A stretch of DNA of 64,000 nucleotides. Origin: a virus. Positions 28,427 through 37,390 of this stretch are shown in pieces. The stretch is taken from positions 1 through 64,000 of IMG/VR virus record IMGVR_UViG_3300044695_005756; one strand, written 5' to 3'. Each line of letters begins with the position of its first letter. Positions within the stretch are counted from its first letter, which is position 1. Below the pieces are notes generated by a model. It had not been told where the DNA came from and did no database searches. It saw nothing but the letters and a program-made list of their open reading frames with translations. The position numbers and the translations under genes are program-made.

Positions 28427-29766
28427 TTAACTGCCTCCAGTCTAAAGTTTTTACCAGGATGTTTTCCTGTTTGTGGTAATATCTTAACGTCTTTAAATCC
28501 AACAGACTTACACAAGTCTGTAAGTGTTTTTGGTGTATATCCCCATAGATGTGGATACAATGCACCTCGTTCTTCTGTTTCAGCACTCTTCTCTTCGGCT
28601 GCTGCACCAAAGATACAAGTCAGAGTCATGATTCTATCTTCATCATCTTGTTGTAGAAAATCTTGACAGAGTTCCTCAATATGTGGAGTTTCAACTACTA
28701 ACTTGCCTTTAGGCTTGAGTGTTCTGTACCAATTAGAAATAATTTCTGGCGCACGATGTTGAGGCAAATGTTCAATCAAGTGACTAGCTAAAATCTCTTC
28801 AGTAACATTTTCAGGCAAGTCCATCTTCATTACATCAATAATAATATCGGCTTCTTTACTATTCTTATCAACATTTAGATAGCCTTCAAGCTTGTCGTTG
28901 CCTGAGCCCATGTTAAATCGAATAGGTTCTTTATTCTCAATCTTATGTGCAATGATAGACTTGTAAGCGGTACCATCAGGCAGTCGATTAACCCAACGCT
29001 GATCGATGAATTCTTTATCATCCATAGTCAAGCGTCTTGTTGGTTTAATATTTGTATAGTATTTTGTCAAGTCAACTGAAGGATGCGCTGTGTACATGCC
29101 ACTAGCTAAATCCATGTGCAGACATTGAACGTCAGTATTTACAAGAAGTTTTGTTCCTCTCTTGTGTAAACGATGTACAAAGAAGTTGTCTTCACCAATA
29201 AATGGAATTTCATCATTGATGTTGTTACCGATACAGCAGAATGGAAGTTCTGGATCTTCTTCTTTCATCTTTTTCAACAGATCAACTGGAATTAACATAG
29301 CATCCATACCTGTTTGCCATGCTTCAATGATTTGTCCAGGATCAACATTTGGAATTACAATCCAATCATTTTCTCTTGTCATAATCATTGCGTCGGAACA
29401 TTTAATATAGTAAACACCAGTAACGACAGCACCAGGATTCTCTTCAGCCGTTTTCATAAGTTTTTTAAATCCATCATAAGGAAGAACTGTATCTTCACCT
29501 ACAAACAAAAGATACTTTGCTCCACTTTCAAGTGTTTGTTCAATGAGATAATTTCTTGCAACATCAACTTTTTCTCCACCAATATTACAGTAGCCGTGTG
29601 AGAAACCCATCAAATCGATATGAAGTCCATCATAACCATCAAAATTTTGTGCCGCTTTTTCATTCAAATCTCTTCTTGGTTGTGCTATGACTACATAGGG
29701 CTTAATTGTTCTTGACTCACTATAAATTTCTTTCATTGTGTCAATAATTTTATCTCTGCTATACAT
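28423..29766 (-). CDS. GT-A (GT2-like) glycosyltransferase fused to class I SAM methyltransferase
   Basis: ARN..IE..L....YLLFVGEDT, GEDNFF..RL, C.H (GT-A); RFNMGSG...GYLNVD, ASHLIEH, LKPKGKL..ETP (MTase). Confidence 0.75.
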   Translation of the reverse strand: MYSRDKIIDTMKEIYSESRTIKPYVVIAQPRRDLNEKAAQNFDGYDGLHIDLMGFSHGYCNIGGEKVDVARNYLIEQTLESGAKYLLFVGEDTVLPYDGFKKLMKTAEENPGAVVTGVYYIKCSDAMIMTRENDWIVIPNVDPGQIIEAWQTGMDAMLIPVDLLKKMKEEDPELPFCCIGNNINDEIPFIGEDNFFVHRLHKRGTKLLVNTDVQCLHMDLASGMYTAHPSVDLTKYYTNIKPTRRLTMDDKEFIDQRWVNRLPDGTAYKSIIAHKIENKEPIRFNMGSGNDKLEGYLNVDKNSKEADIIIDVMKMDLPENVTEEILASHLIEHLPQHRAPEIISNWYRTLKPKGKLVVETPHIEELCQDFLQQDDEDRIMTLTCIFGAAAEEKSAETEERGALYPHLWGYTPKTLTDLCKSVGFKDVKILPQTGKHPGKNFRLEAVK

Positions 29767-29794
29767 AATTTCTCACTTTCAGTTTAAATAATTG

Positions 29795-32700
29795 TTAAAG
29801 ATTACCATTAAAATATGCTGCTGTAACAATTCCTAAAGGAACTTCCGCTCCTGTTGAAATTTTTTGTCCTACTTCTGCATTATACGGAACGAAATGAATT
29901 TCACCATTTGGCATAAGAACACCTCCTCCATGAGCTACAAATGAATTAGTATACACTAAAGAGTATGTAGACACAATACCTGAAGCGGATATTTTTTGAC
30001 CTACAATTGCGCTGCCTGGAACAAAGTGTACGTCACCATTTGGCGCAAGAACTGCACCTTCATAATTAAATTGATTACCGTATTTTACAGGCGTGGTATA
30101 TTGTTGATTTTTAACGATAAAGACTCTTCCTAAGCCATCCGAGTATTGAAATACTAAATGTCCATCCGCGTCTATTGTAGCATTTTTACCTTGAGGATTA
30201 AAAGTACCAAAAAAAGGACCTGTATTGTAATATTCAGTAAAAAATCCATTTGGAAACATTCTTGATGGAAGAGGAGCTAAATGAGGAATAAAATAAATTG
30301 ATCCATCAGGAAGTAAAACGCTTCCCCAATTCGTGCCTCCCGTGTAATTTGTGTTTATGAGTGAATATGTTGAAACTACACCTGTTCTTGATATTTTTTG
30401 TCCAACAAGGGCTTGAAATGCAGCAAAATGAATTTCGCCATTTGGAGCAAGAGTACCTCCAATATAAGCTGATGTAGTGGTATATGCTAATGCATACGTT
30501 GATACAACTCCGCTAGCGGATACTTTTTGCCCTCTTACAGCGTTATAAGGAACAAAATGAATGTCGCCGTTTGGTGCAAGAACACCACCAGAATAAAGAT
30601 TGGGATTCGCTGCTGATGTTGTGTAAACTAATGCATATGTCGATGCAACACCATCAGCAGATATTTTTTGTCCTCTGTTTGCATTATACGGAACAAAATG
30701 AAGTTCACCATTTTGTGAAAGAACTCCACCATAATATCCAAACGAAGTAGTATATGCCAATGCATACGTTGATATTATGCCATTCACGCCGTTATTATTA
30801 AACAATGAACCTCGATCAACATTTCTTTGCAGAGTTCTGTTTAAACTTATCTCAGCTTGCTCGGAAAGGTATTGTTCTATCGATGGATTAACAAGATCAG
30901 CATAATAAGTAGTCCCATTTGCAGCTGGATAAGATGCGGTAGTATCAGTAGAAACTAAAGTACCAGGTAAAGATTTTGGTAATATTGTAGCAGTTAAAGC
31001 TTTTTTCGCTTTTGTGAAAACTGTTTGTCGTGATATGAGTTCGTATTTTCCAATTCCTAACGAATAACCAACGGGAACAAGTGATTGAGGATAAATTGAA
31101 CTGGCATATGGAATAACATTTGAAGTGTCTGAAGAATCATGCGCTCGTCTTATAAGGACATTTGGTTTATTGACCAGCTTCATCCCATATCGCTGAGTAG
31201 TTTGTTGAATAAAATACACATCTCCAGATTCGGAAAGAACGCCTCCTTGATGAATACGCTGCAATATCGGATACGTTGATATTACACCAGCGGATGATAT
31301 TTTTTGACCGACTTGTGCGGAATCTGGAACAAAATGAACATCGCCTCGACTATCAAGAACACCACCACGGTATGCACCACTTCCAGAGGTAATTACTAAT
31401 GAATACGTCGATACTACACCAGCGGATGATAATTTTTGTCCTCTGTTGGCAAAATAAGGAACAAAATGAGTGTCACCATTTGGTGCAAGAACACCACCCC
31501 AATAAGACGCACCAGCGGTATACACTAATGAATATGTCGATGTAACACCATCAGCAGATATTTTTTGTCCAACTCTTGCACTATAAGGAACAAAGTGTAC
31601 GTCACCGTTTGGCGCAAGAACACCACCTTGATAAGCAGTAGCAGTTGTGTATACCAACGAATATGTTGAAACATAAATGGGCACACTTTCGTTAGTTAAT
31701 AATTTCTGGCCTCTATTTGCATTGAAAGGCACAAACTGAACATCTCCACTAACATCAAGAACACCACCAGCATATGCAGCGGCTGTTGTGTACGCTAATG
31801 AATATGTTTGTACGATTCCATCGGAAAATATTTTTTGTCCTACTCTTGCAGAATCTGGAACAAAATGAATACTGCCATTACCGTCAAGAACACCGCCATC
31901 ATATGCAGCGGTTGTTGTGTACGCTAATGAATATGTTGTAGGATATTGAGATAAAAATTTATTGAACTCTATAACTTGTCCAACTTCTGCTTCATATGGA
32001 GCAAGATAAAAGGTGTTGCCTGTACTATCCATGGCACCACCAAGGTATGGCTGATTGGAAGCTGTGTATGCTAATGCGTATGTTGATACAACACCATCAG
32101 AAGAAACTTTTTGTCCTACTTTTGCATTATAAGGTGCAAAATGTATATCTCCATTATATGCTTTTCCGCCATAAGCATATGCACTAGAAGTTGTGTATAC
32201 TAATGAATATGTAGACACGACACCAGCAGAAGAAACTTTTTGCCCTCTGTTTGCAAGGAGTGGCACAAAATGTATATCTCCGTTGTTATCAAGAACACCA
32301 CCCGAATATGCAGCAGTAGTAGTATACACCAATGAATATGTTGATACAACACCAGCAGAAGAAACTTTTTGCCCTCTGATCGCACTATAAGGAACAAAAT
32401 GAACATCGCCGTTACTATCAAGAACACCACCTCGATAAGCACCAGAAATCGTATATACCAACGAATATGTTGATATGATACCAGCGGATGATATTTTTTG
32501 TCCTCTTGTGGCAGAAAAAGGCACGAAATGAATGTCGCCATTGTTATCAAGAACACCACCATTGTATGCGGAACCAGCGGTTAATACTAATGAGTATGTC
32601 GATACGACACCAGCAGAAGAAACTTTTTGTCCAACTCTTGCACTAAAATTTACAAAATGAATATCACCATTGTTATCTAAAACGCCACCTTCATACGCAT

Positions 32701-34150
32701 TAGTAACTGTATGAACCAATGAAAATGTTGATACTACGCCAGCAGACGATATTTTTTGTCCTCTGTTAGCATCATTGGGTATAAAATACACATCACCATT
32801 ATTATCAAGAACGCCTCCAGCATATGCACCACCAGACGTTGTATATACTAATGAGTAAGTTGTAGGATAGTGTTCAAGTGTGACATCAAATTGTAACTTT
32901 TGTCCTACTCTTGCACTAAAAGGTACAAAATGTGCTTCGTTATTGTTATTTAAAACACCGCCATCATATGCAGCAGAAGCGGTAGTATATGCTAATGCAT
33001 ATGTTGACACAACTCCTGACGATGAAATTTTTTGCCCTCTAGCGGCACTAAGCGGAATAAAATGTACATCGCCATTCGGTGCAAGAATACCGCCAGCGTA
33101 TGCAGTAATAGATGTGTATACTAATGAATACGTCGATACTACACCAGCAGATGATAGTTTTTGTCCTATATCCGCATTATAAGGAACAAAATGTATATCA
33201 TCGTTATTATCTAAAATACCTCCTTTATACTTCGCAAGAGCGGTACTGTTTACTAAAGAGTATGTTGTTATAACACCAGCAGACGATATTTTTTGTCCTA
33301 TGACAGCATTAAAGGGCACAAAATGAATATCGTTATTACTATCTAAAACACCACCGTTATATGCATTAGTAGCTGTATACACCAATGAAAATGTTGACAC
33401 GACACCAGCAGACGATATTGTTAGTCCTCTATTTGCATTATAATTTACAAAATAAATGTCGTTATTATTTGCAAGAACACCACCAGAATATGCACCAGCA
33501 GTTGTATATACTAACGAATACGTTGATGGAACTTGAGGTGCGAATCCATTTGGAGTTACTTTTTGTCCTCTGTTTGAATTATATGGCACAAAATATACAT
33601 CGCCATTCGGTGCAAGAACACCACCAGAATATCCAAAATTAGACGTTGTGAATATTAATGAGTAAGTTGTTATAACACCAGCAGATGATATCATTTGTCC
33701 TCTAGTGGCATTCCGAGGCACAAAATGTATATTACCAAGAGCGTCTAGAACTGCTGCACTCCAAAAATTAGCTCCAGATACTGAATAAGGATAAGTAAAT
33801 ACTGTACCATCTGTTGTTATTCTTATTCCTCTATCACCATCTACATTTACAATATGAATTTCATTATTGCTGGTGCGAACTGCTCCCGCAAGCTCACTAA
33901 CAGAGACAGAGGCTGTGCGGAGTGCATCATTATATGAATGAAGAACTTGAGGATAATCTACAAGAGTTGCTGTACCTACTTCCCATTTATCACCATCGAC
34001 AATTGAATAGTCAAACTCATCACCCATTGAATAGGTTGCAGCAGAAATTTTTTCGACATTGGCCGAACTCAATCTTATATTGGGTTCGAACGCATCTTCA
34101 CGCTGTGAAAAAGTACCTGTTTGTGATCTATCTTTTACTTGGCGTGCCAT
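29795..34150 (-). CDS. Beta-propeller repeat virion/adhesin protein, 28 blades
   Basis: ~43-aa repeat STYSLVYTxxxAYxGGVLxxNGDVHFVPxxAxxGQKISSAGVV, 21 + 7 copies. Confidence 0.75.
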   Translation of the reverse strand: MARQVKDRSQTGTFSQREDAFEPNIRLSSANVEKISAATYSMGDEFDYSIVDGDKWEVGTATLVDYPQVLHSYNDALRTASVSVSELAGAVRTSNNEIHIVNVDGDRGIRITTDGTVFTYPYSVSGANFWSAAVLDALGNIHFVPRNATRGQMISSAGVITTYSLIFTTSNFGYSGGVLAPNGDVYFVPYNSNRGQKVTPNGFAPQVPSTYSLVYTTAGAYSGGVLANNNDIYFVNYNANRGLTISSAGVVSTFSLVYTATNAYNGGVLDSNNDIHFVPFNAVIGQKISSAGVITTYSLVNSTALAKYKGGILDNNDDIHFVPYNADIGQKLSSAGVVSTYSLVYTSITAYAGGILAPNGDVHFIPLSAARGQKISSSGVVSTYALAYTTASAAYDGGVLNNNNEAHFVPFSARVGQKLQFDVTLEHYPTTYSLVYTTSGGAYAGGVLDNNGDVYFIPNDANRGQKISSAGVVSTFSLVHTVTNAYEGGVLDNNGDIHFVNFSARVGQKVSSAGVVSTYSLVLTAGSAYNGGVLDNNGDIHFVPFSATRGQKISSAGIISTYSLVYTISGAYRGGVLDSNGDVHFVPYSAIRGQKVSSAGVVSTYSLVYTTTAAYSGGVLDNNGDIHFVPLLANRGQKVSSAGVVSTYSLVYTTSSAYAYGGKAYNGDIHFAPYNAKVGQKVSSDGVVSTYALAYTASNQPYLGGAMDSTGNTFYLAPYEAEVGQVIEFNKFLSQYPTTYSLAYTTTAAYDGGVLDGNGSIHFVPDSARVGQKIFSDGIVQTYSLAYTTAAAYAGGVLDVSGDVQFVPFNANRGQKLLTNESVPIYVSTYSLVYTTATAYQGGVLAPNGDVHFVPYSARVGQKISADGVTSTYSLVYTAGASYWGGVLAPNGDTHFVPYFANRGQKLSSAGVVSTYSLVITSGSGAYRGGVLDSRGDVHFVPDSAQVGQKISSAGVISTYPILQRIHQGGVLSESGDVYFIQQTTQRYGMKLVNKPNVLIRRAHDSSDTSNVIPYASSIYPQSLVPVGYSLGIGKYELISRQTVFTKAKKALTATILPKSLPGTLVSTDTTASYPAANGTTYYADLVNPSIEQYLSEQAEISLNRTLQRNVDRGSLFNNNGVNGIISTYALAYTTSFGYYGGVLSQNGELHFVPYNANRGQKISADGVASTYALVYTTSAANPNLYSGGVLAPNGDIHFVPYNAVRGQKVSASGVVSTYALAYTTTSAYIGGTLAPNGEIHFAAFQALVGQKISRTGVVSTYSLINTNYTGGTNWGSVLLPDGSIYFIPHLAPLPSRMFPNGFFTEYYNTGPFFGTFNPQGKNATIDADGHLVFQYSDGLGRVFIVKNQQYTTPVKYGNQFNYEGAVLAPNGDVHFVPGSAIVGQKISASGIVSTYSLVYTNSFVAHGGGVLMPNGEIHFVPYNAEVGQKISTGAEVPLGIVTAAYFNGNL

Positions 34151-34153
34151 GTC

Positions 34154-37100
34154 TTATAACTTATTGAAAAATGGACTGAGAACAATTTCTGTATCCAATG
34201 GTCGACTAAATGTGTATAGTTTGTACTGAGTTGCATCATTACGAATCGCAATTATGTTTCCATCAAAATCTAAATTTGCTCCAATACAAAGTGGTGTTCC
34301 AGAAATCAAAGGTGATGTGATTAACGATTGTATGCCAGAAGGCGTAATTTTTAAAATACCTGATGTTCCATTATAAGGAACAAAGTATATGTTTCCTGCT
34401 GGATCTAAAACACCACTTTGAAAAGCACCAGCAGTTGTGTATACTAATGAATATGTAGACACAACACCAGCAGCAGAAACTTTTTGCCCTATAGTTGCAG
34501 AATGAGGCACAAAATGCACATCGCCATTTGGTGCAAGAACACCACCAACGTAAGCATCGGCAGCAGTATATACTAAAGAGTATGTAGACACAATACCTGA
34601 AGCGGATATTTTTTGACCTACGATTGCGTTGCCTGGTACAAAATGCACATCGCCATTTGGTGCAAGAACACCACCAGCATATGTATCAGCAGCAGTATAT
34701 ACTAATGAATATGTTGATACAACACCAGCAGCAGAAACTTTTTGTCCGACTATCGCGTTGCGTGGAACAAAGTGAATATCACCATTTGATGCAAAGATGC
34801 CACCAATATATGCTAAAGATGTTGTGTAAACTAATGCATATGTCGATACAACACCAGCAGCAGATATTTTTTGCCCTACTGTTGCGTTACACGGAACGAA
34901 ATGAACATCACCATTCGATGCAAGAACACCACCAGCATATGCATAATTAGCCGTTGTGTACACCAATGCATATGTTGATACTGCACCGTATTGAGATATT
35001 TTTTGACCTCTGTTAGCACTATCTGGAACAAAATGAATATCACCATTAAGTGCAAGAACACCACCCCAGTATGCACTAGCAGTTGTGTATACTAATGAAA
35101 ATGTAGACACTACAGGATTTTTAAATGTTGTTCCTGCCGTAATACTCTTCATCCACGCTCTTTGAAGTCCTCTCCAAGAAGTCAACGTGGAATTAATTGA
35201 TGAATCATCTCCTGTTGGAACAGCGCCTTGCACAACACTTGAAGGTAACGGTATGAATACGTCTTTTATTCCTGATGAAAAATTCACTTTGTCTGGAACA
35301 TTGGCAGTTACATTAGATGATGAAATGACTAAATCTCTACTCAATGTTGAAGCAAGTCTTTGTCCAACTGTTGATCCAAAAGGAACAAAATGTAATTCAC
35401 CTTGTTTATCAATAACACCACCGTTATATGCTAAACTGCCAGTCGAAGTAAGTGGATAAGTTGATACGACACCAGCAAGAGATATTTTTTGTCCAATTCC
35501 AGAATCGTAAGGAATAAAATGAACTTCTCCATCGCGTGTTTGAATACCGCCACGATAGGCAGTACTGCCTGTATTTACCAATGAATACGTTGATACAACA
35601 CCGTATTGAGATATTTTTTGTCCGACTGTCGCACTACTTGGCACAAAATGCACATCGCCGTTTCGTGCAAGGACACCACCGTCATATGCGCCAACAGTCG
35701 TATACACAAGTGAATAAGTTGATACGACACCAGCAAGAGATATTTTTTGTCCTCTGATAGCGTTATTTGGTATAAAATGTACATCACCGTTTGGCGCAAG
35801 AACACCACCAGCGTATGCACCAGCTGCGGTAGTATATACTAATGAATATGTTGATACTACACCAGCTGATGATAATTTTTGCCCCCTATTACCGACAAAA
35901 GGAACAAAATGAACATCGCCGTTACTATCAAGAACACCACCTCGATAAGCAGTAGCAGTTGTGTATACCAACGAATATGTTGAAGAAAATATTGAGAAAA
36001 ATTTGTTAAACTCCGCTACTTGTCCTACTGTAGCAGAAGAAGGAACAAATTGTAATTTATTTTGGCCGTCTAGAACACCACCATTGTAATGTCCAGGTGA
36101 AGTTCGTACTAATGTATATGTCGATACAACGCCAGCAGATGATATTTTCTGTCCTCTTGTAACACCATTTTGCACAAAATGTACATCGCCTCGACTATCA
36201 AGGACACCACCACGATATGCACCACCTCCAGAAGTAATTACTAATGAATATGTTGATACTACACCAGCGGATGATAATTTTTGTCCTACTCTTGCTTCAT
36301 AGTTTACAAAATGTATATCACCTCGACTATCAAGAACACCGCCGGAAAAAGAGCGAACTGTGGTATACACCAATGAATATGTTGATACTACACCAGCAGA
36401 AGATACTTTTTGTCCTCTGTTTGCACTAAAAGGAATAAAATGAACGTCACCATTTCTGTCTAATACTCCACCAGAATATGCAAAAGATGCCGTATATACT
36501 AATGGGTATGTATAAGTGCCAAACTGATCCAACTTTAGTCCTACTCTTGCATTATAAGGAACAAAATAAATGTTTCCATTGCCATCATAAACACCTCCAT
36601 CATAAGCACCGCCAACAGTATATGCTAAATCATAAGTTGATGCGACACCAAGGTAATTCACTTTTTGTCCTATGTCGGCATTATAAGGAACAAAATGAGT
36701 ATCGCCTAAAAAAAGTCCATCAAATACTCCTCCAGAATATGCATTCAAAGTGGTGTACACCAAATCATAAGTTGATACAACACCAGCAGATGATATCATC
36801 TGTCCTACAGACGCATTAAAAGGAGCGAAATGAATATCCTTTCTATCATTCAAAGCACCACCTTGATACGCTAAAGACACGGTGTAAACTAAAGGATATG
36901 TGCTAGAATAAACTTCGGGCGTGATATCGAACTGTAACTTTTGTCCTATACCAACACTATAAGGAATAAAATGCATTTCACCAAGACGATTTACTACACC
37001 CTCAAAATATGCACTATCAGCGGTATGCGCCAATGAGTATGTTGATACAACGCCGTATTGAGATATTTTTTGACCGACTTCCGCACTATAAGGAACAAAA

Positions 37101-37381
37101 TGAACGTCAGCATTTCCTGAAATAGTTGGCGCAAGAACACCGCCTGCATAACCATTTCCAGTTGTGTACACTAATGAATATGTTACAGGAACTTGATACA
37201 TTGATACTGTTCCTATTCCAACCTCAAAAGCATTTCGATCTTCGATTGTGTAATAAGTTTGATTATTATGACATACGTTCGCAAATGATTGATAACCTGA
37301 AACTGCGTAATCAAGTGTTACGTTTCCTGTTCCAGTTGTATTTGTTGTGACGAACGCTCTATCTAAAGCAACAAAAGCCAT
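34154..37381 (-). CDS. Beta-propeller repeat virion/adhesin protein, 21 blades
   Basis: Same repeat, 14 + 7 copies; N-terminus DR...T.TTGTG..TL..AV.G.QSF...YYTI....EVGIGT. Confidence 0.75.
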   Translation of the reverse strand: MAFVALDRAFVTTNTTGTGNVTLDYAVSGYQSFANVCHNNQTYYTIEDRNAFEVGIGTVSMYQVPVTYSLVYTTGNGYAGGVLAPTISGNADVHFVPYSAEVGQKISQYGVVSTYSLAHTADSAYFEGVVNRLGEMHFIPYSVGIGQKLQFDITPEVYSSTYPLVYTVSLAYQGGALNDRKDIHFAPFNASVGQMISSAGVVSTYDLVYTTLNAYSGGVFDGLFLGDTHFVPYNADIGQKVNYLGVASTYDLAYTVGGAYDGGVYDGNGNIYFVPYNARVGLKLDQFGTYTYPLVYTASFAYSGGVLDRNGDVHFIPFSANRGQKVSSAGVVSTYSLVYTTVRSFSGGVLDSRGDIHFVNYEARVGQKLSSAGVVSTYSLVITSGGGAYRGGVLDSRGDVHFVQNGVTRGQKISSAGVVSTYTLVRTSPGHYNGGVLDGQNKLQFVPSSATVGQVAEFNKFFSIFSSTYSLVYTTATAYRGGVLDSNGDVHFVPFVGNRGQKLSSAGVVSTYSLVYTTAAGAYAGGVLAPNGDVHFIPNNAIRGQKISLAGVVSTYSLVYTTVGAYDGGVLARNGDVHFVPSSATVGQKISQYGVVSTYSLVNTGSTAYRGGIQTRDGEVHFIPYDSGIGQKISLAGVVSTYPLTSTGSLAYNGGVIDKQGELHFVPFGSTVGQRLASTLSRDLVISSSNVTANVPDKVNFSSGIKDVFIPLPSSVVQGAVPTGDDSSINSTLTSWRGLQRAWMKSITAGTTFKNPVVSTFSLVYTTASAYWGGVLALNGDIHFVPDSANRGQKISQYGAVSTYALVYTTANYAYAGGVLASNGDVHFVPCNATVGQKISAAGVVSTYALVYTTSLAYIGGIFASNGDIHFVPRNAIVGQKVSAAGVVSTYSLVYTAADTYAGGVLAPNGDVHFVPGNAIVGQKISASGIVSTYSLVYTAADAYVGGVLAPNGDVHFVPHSATIGQKVSAAGVVSTYSLVYTTAGAFQSGVLDPAGNIYFVPYNGTSGILKITPSGIQSLITSPLISGTPLCIGANLDFDGNIIAIRNDATQYKLYTFSRPLDTEIVLSPFFNKL

Positions 37382-37390
37382 AATTTTTCT

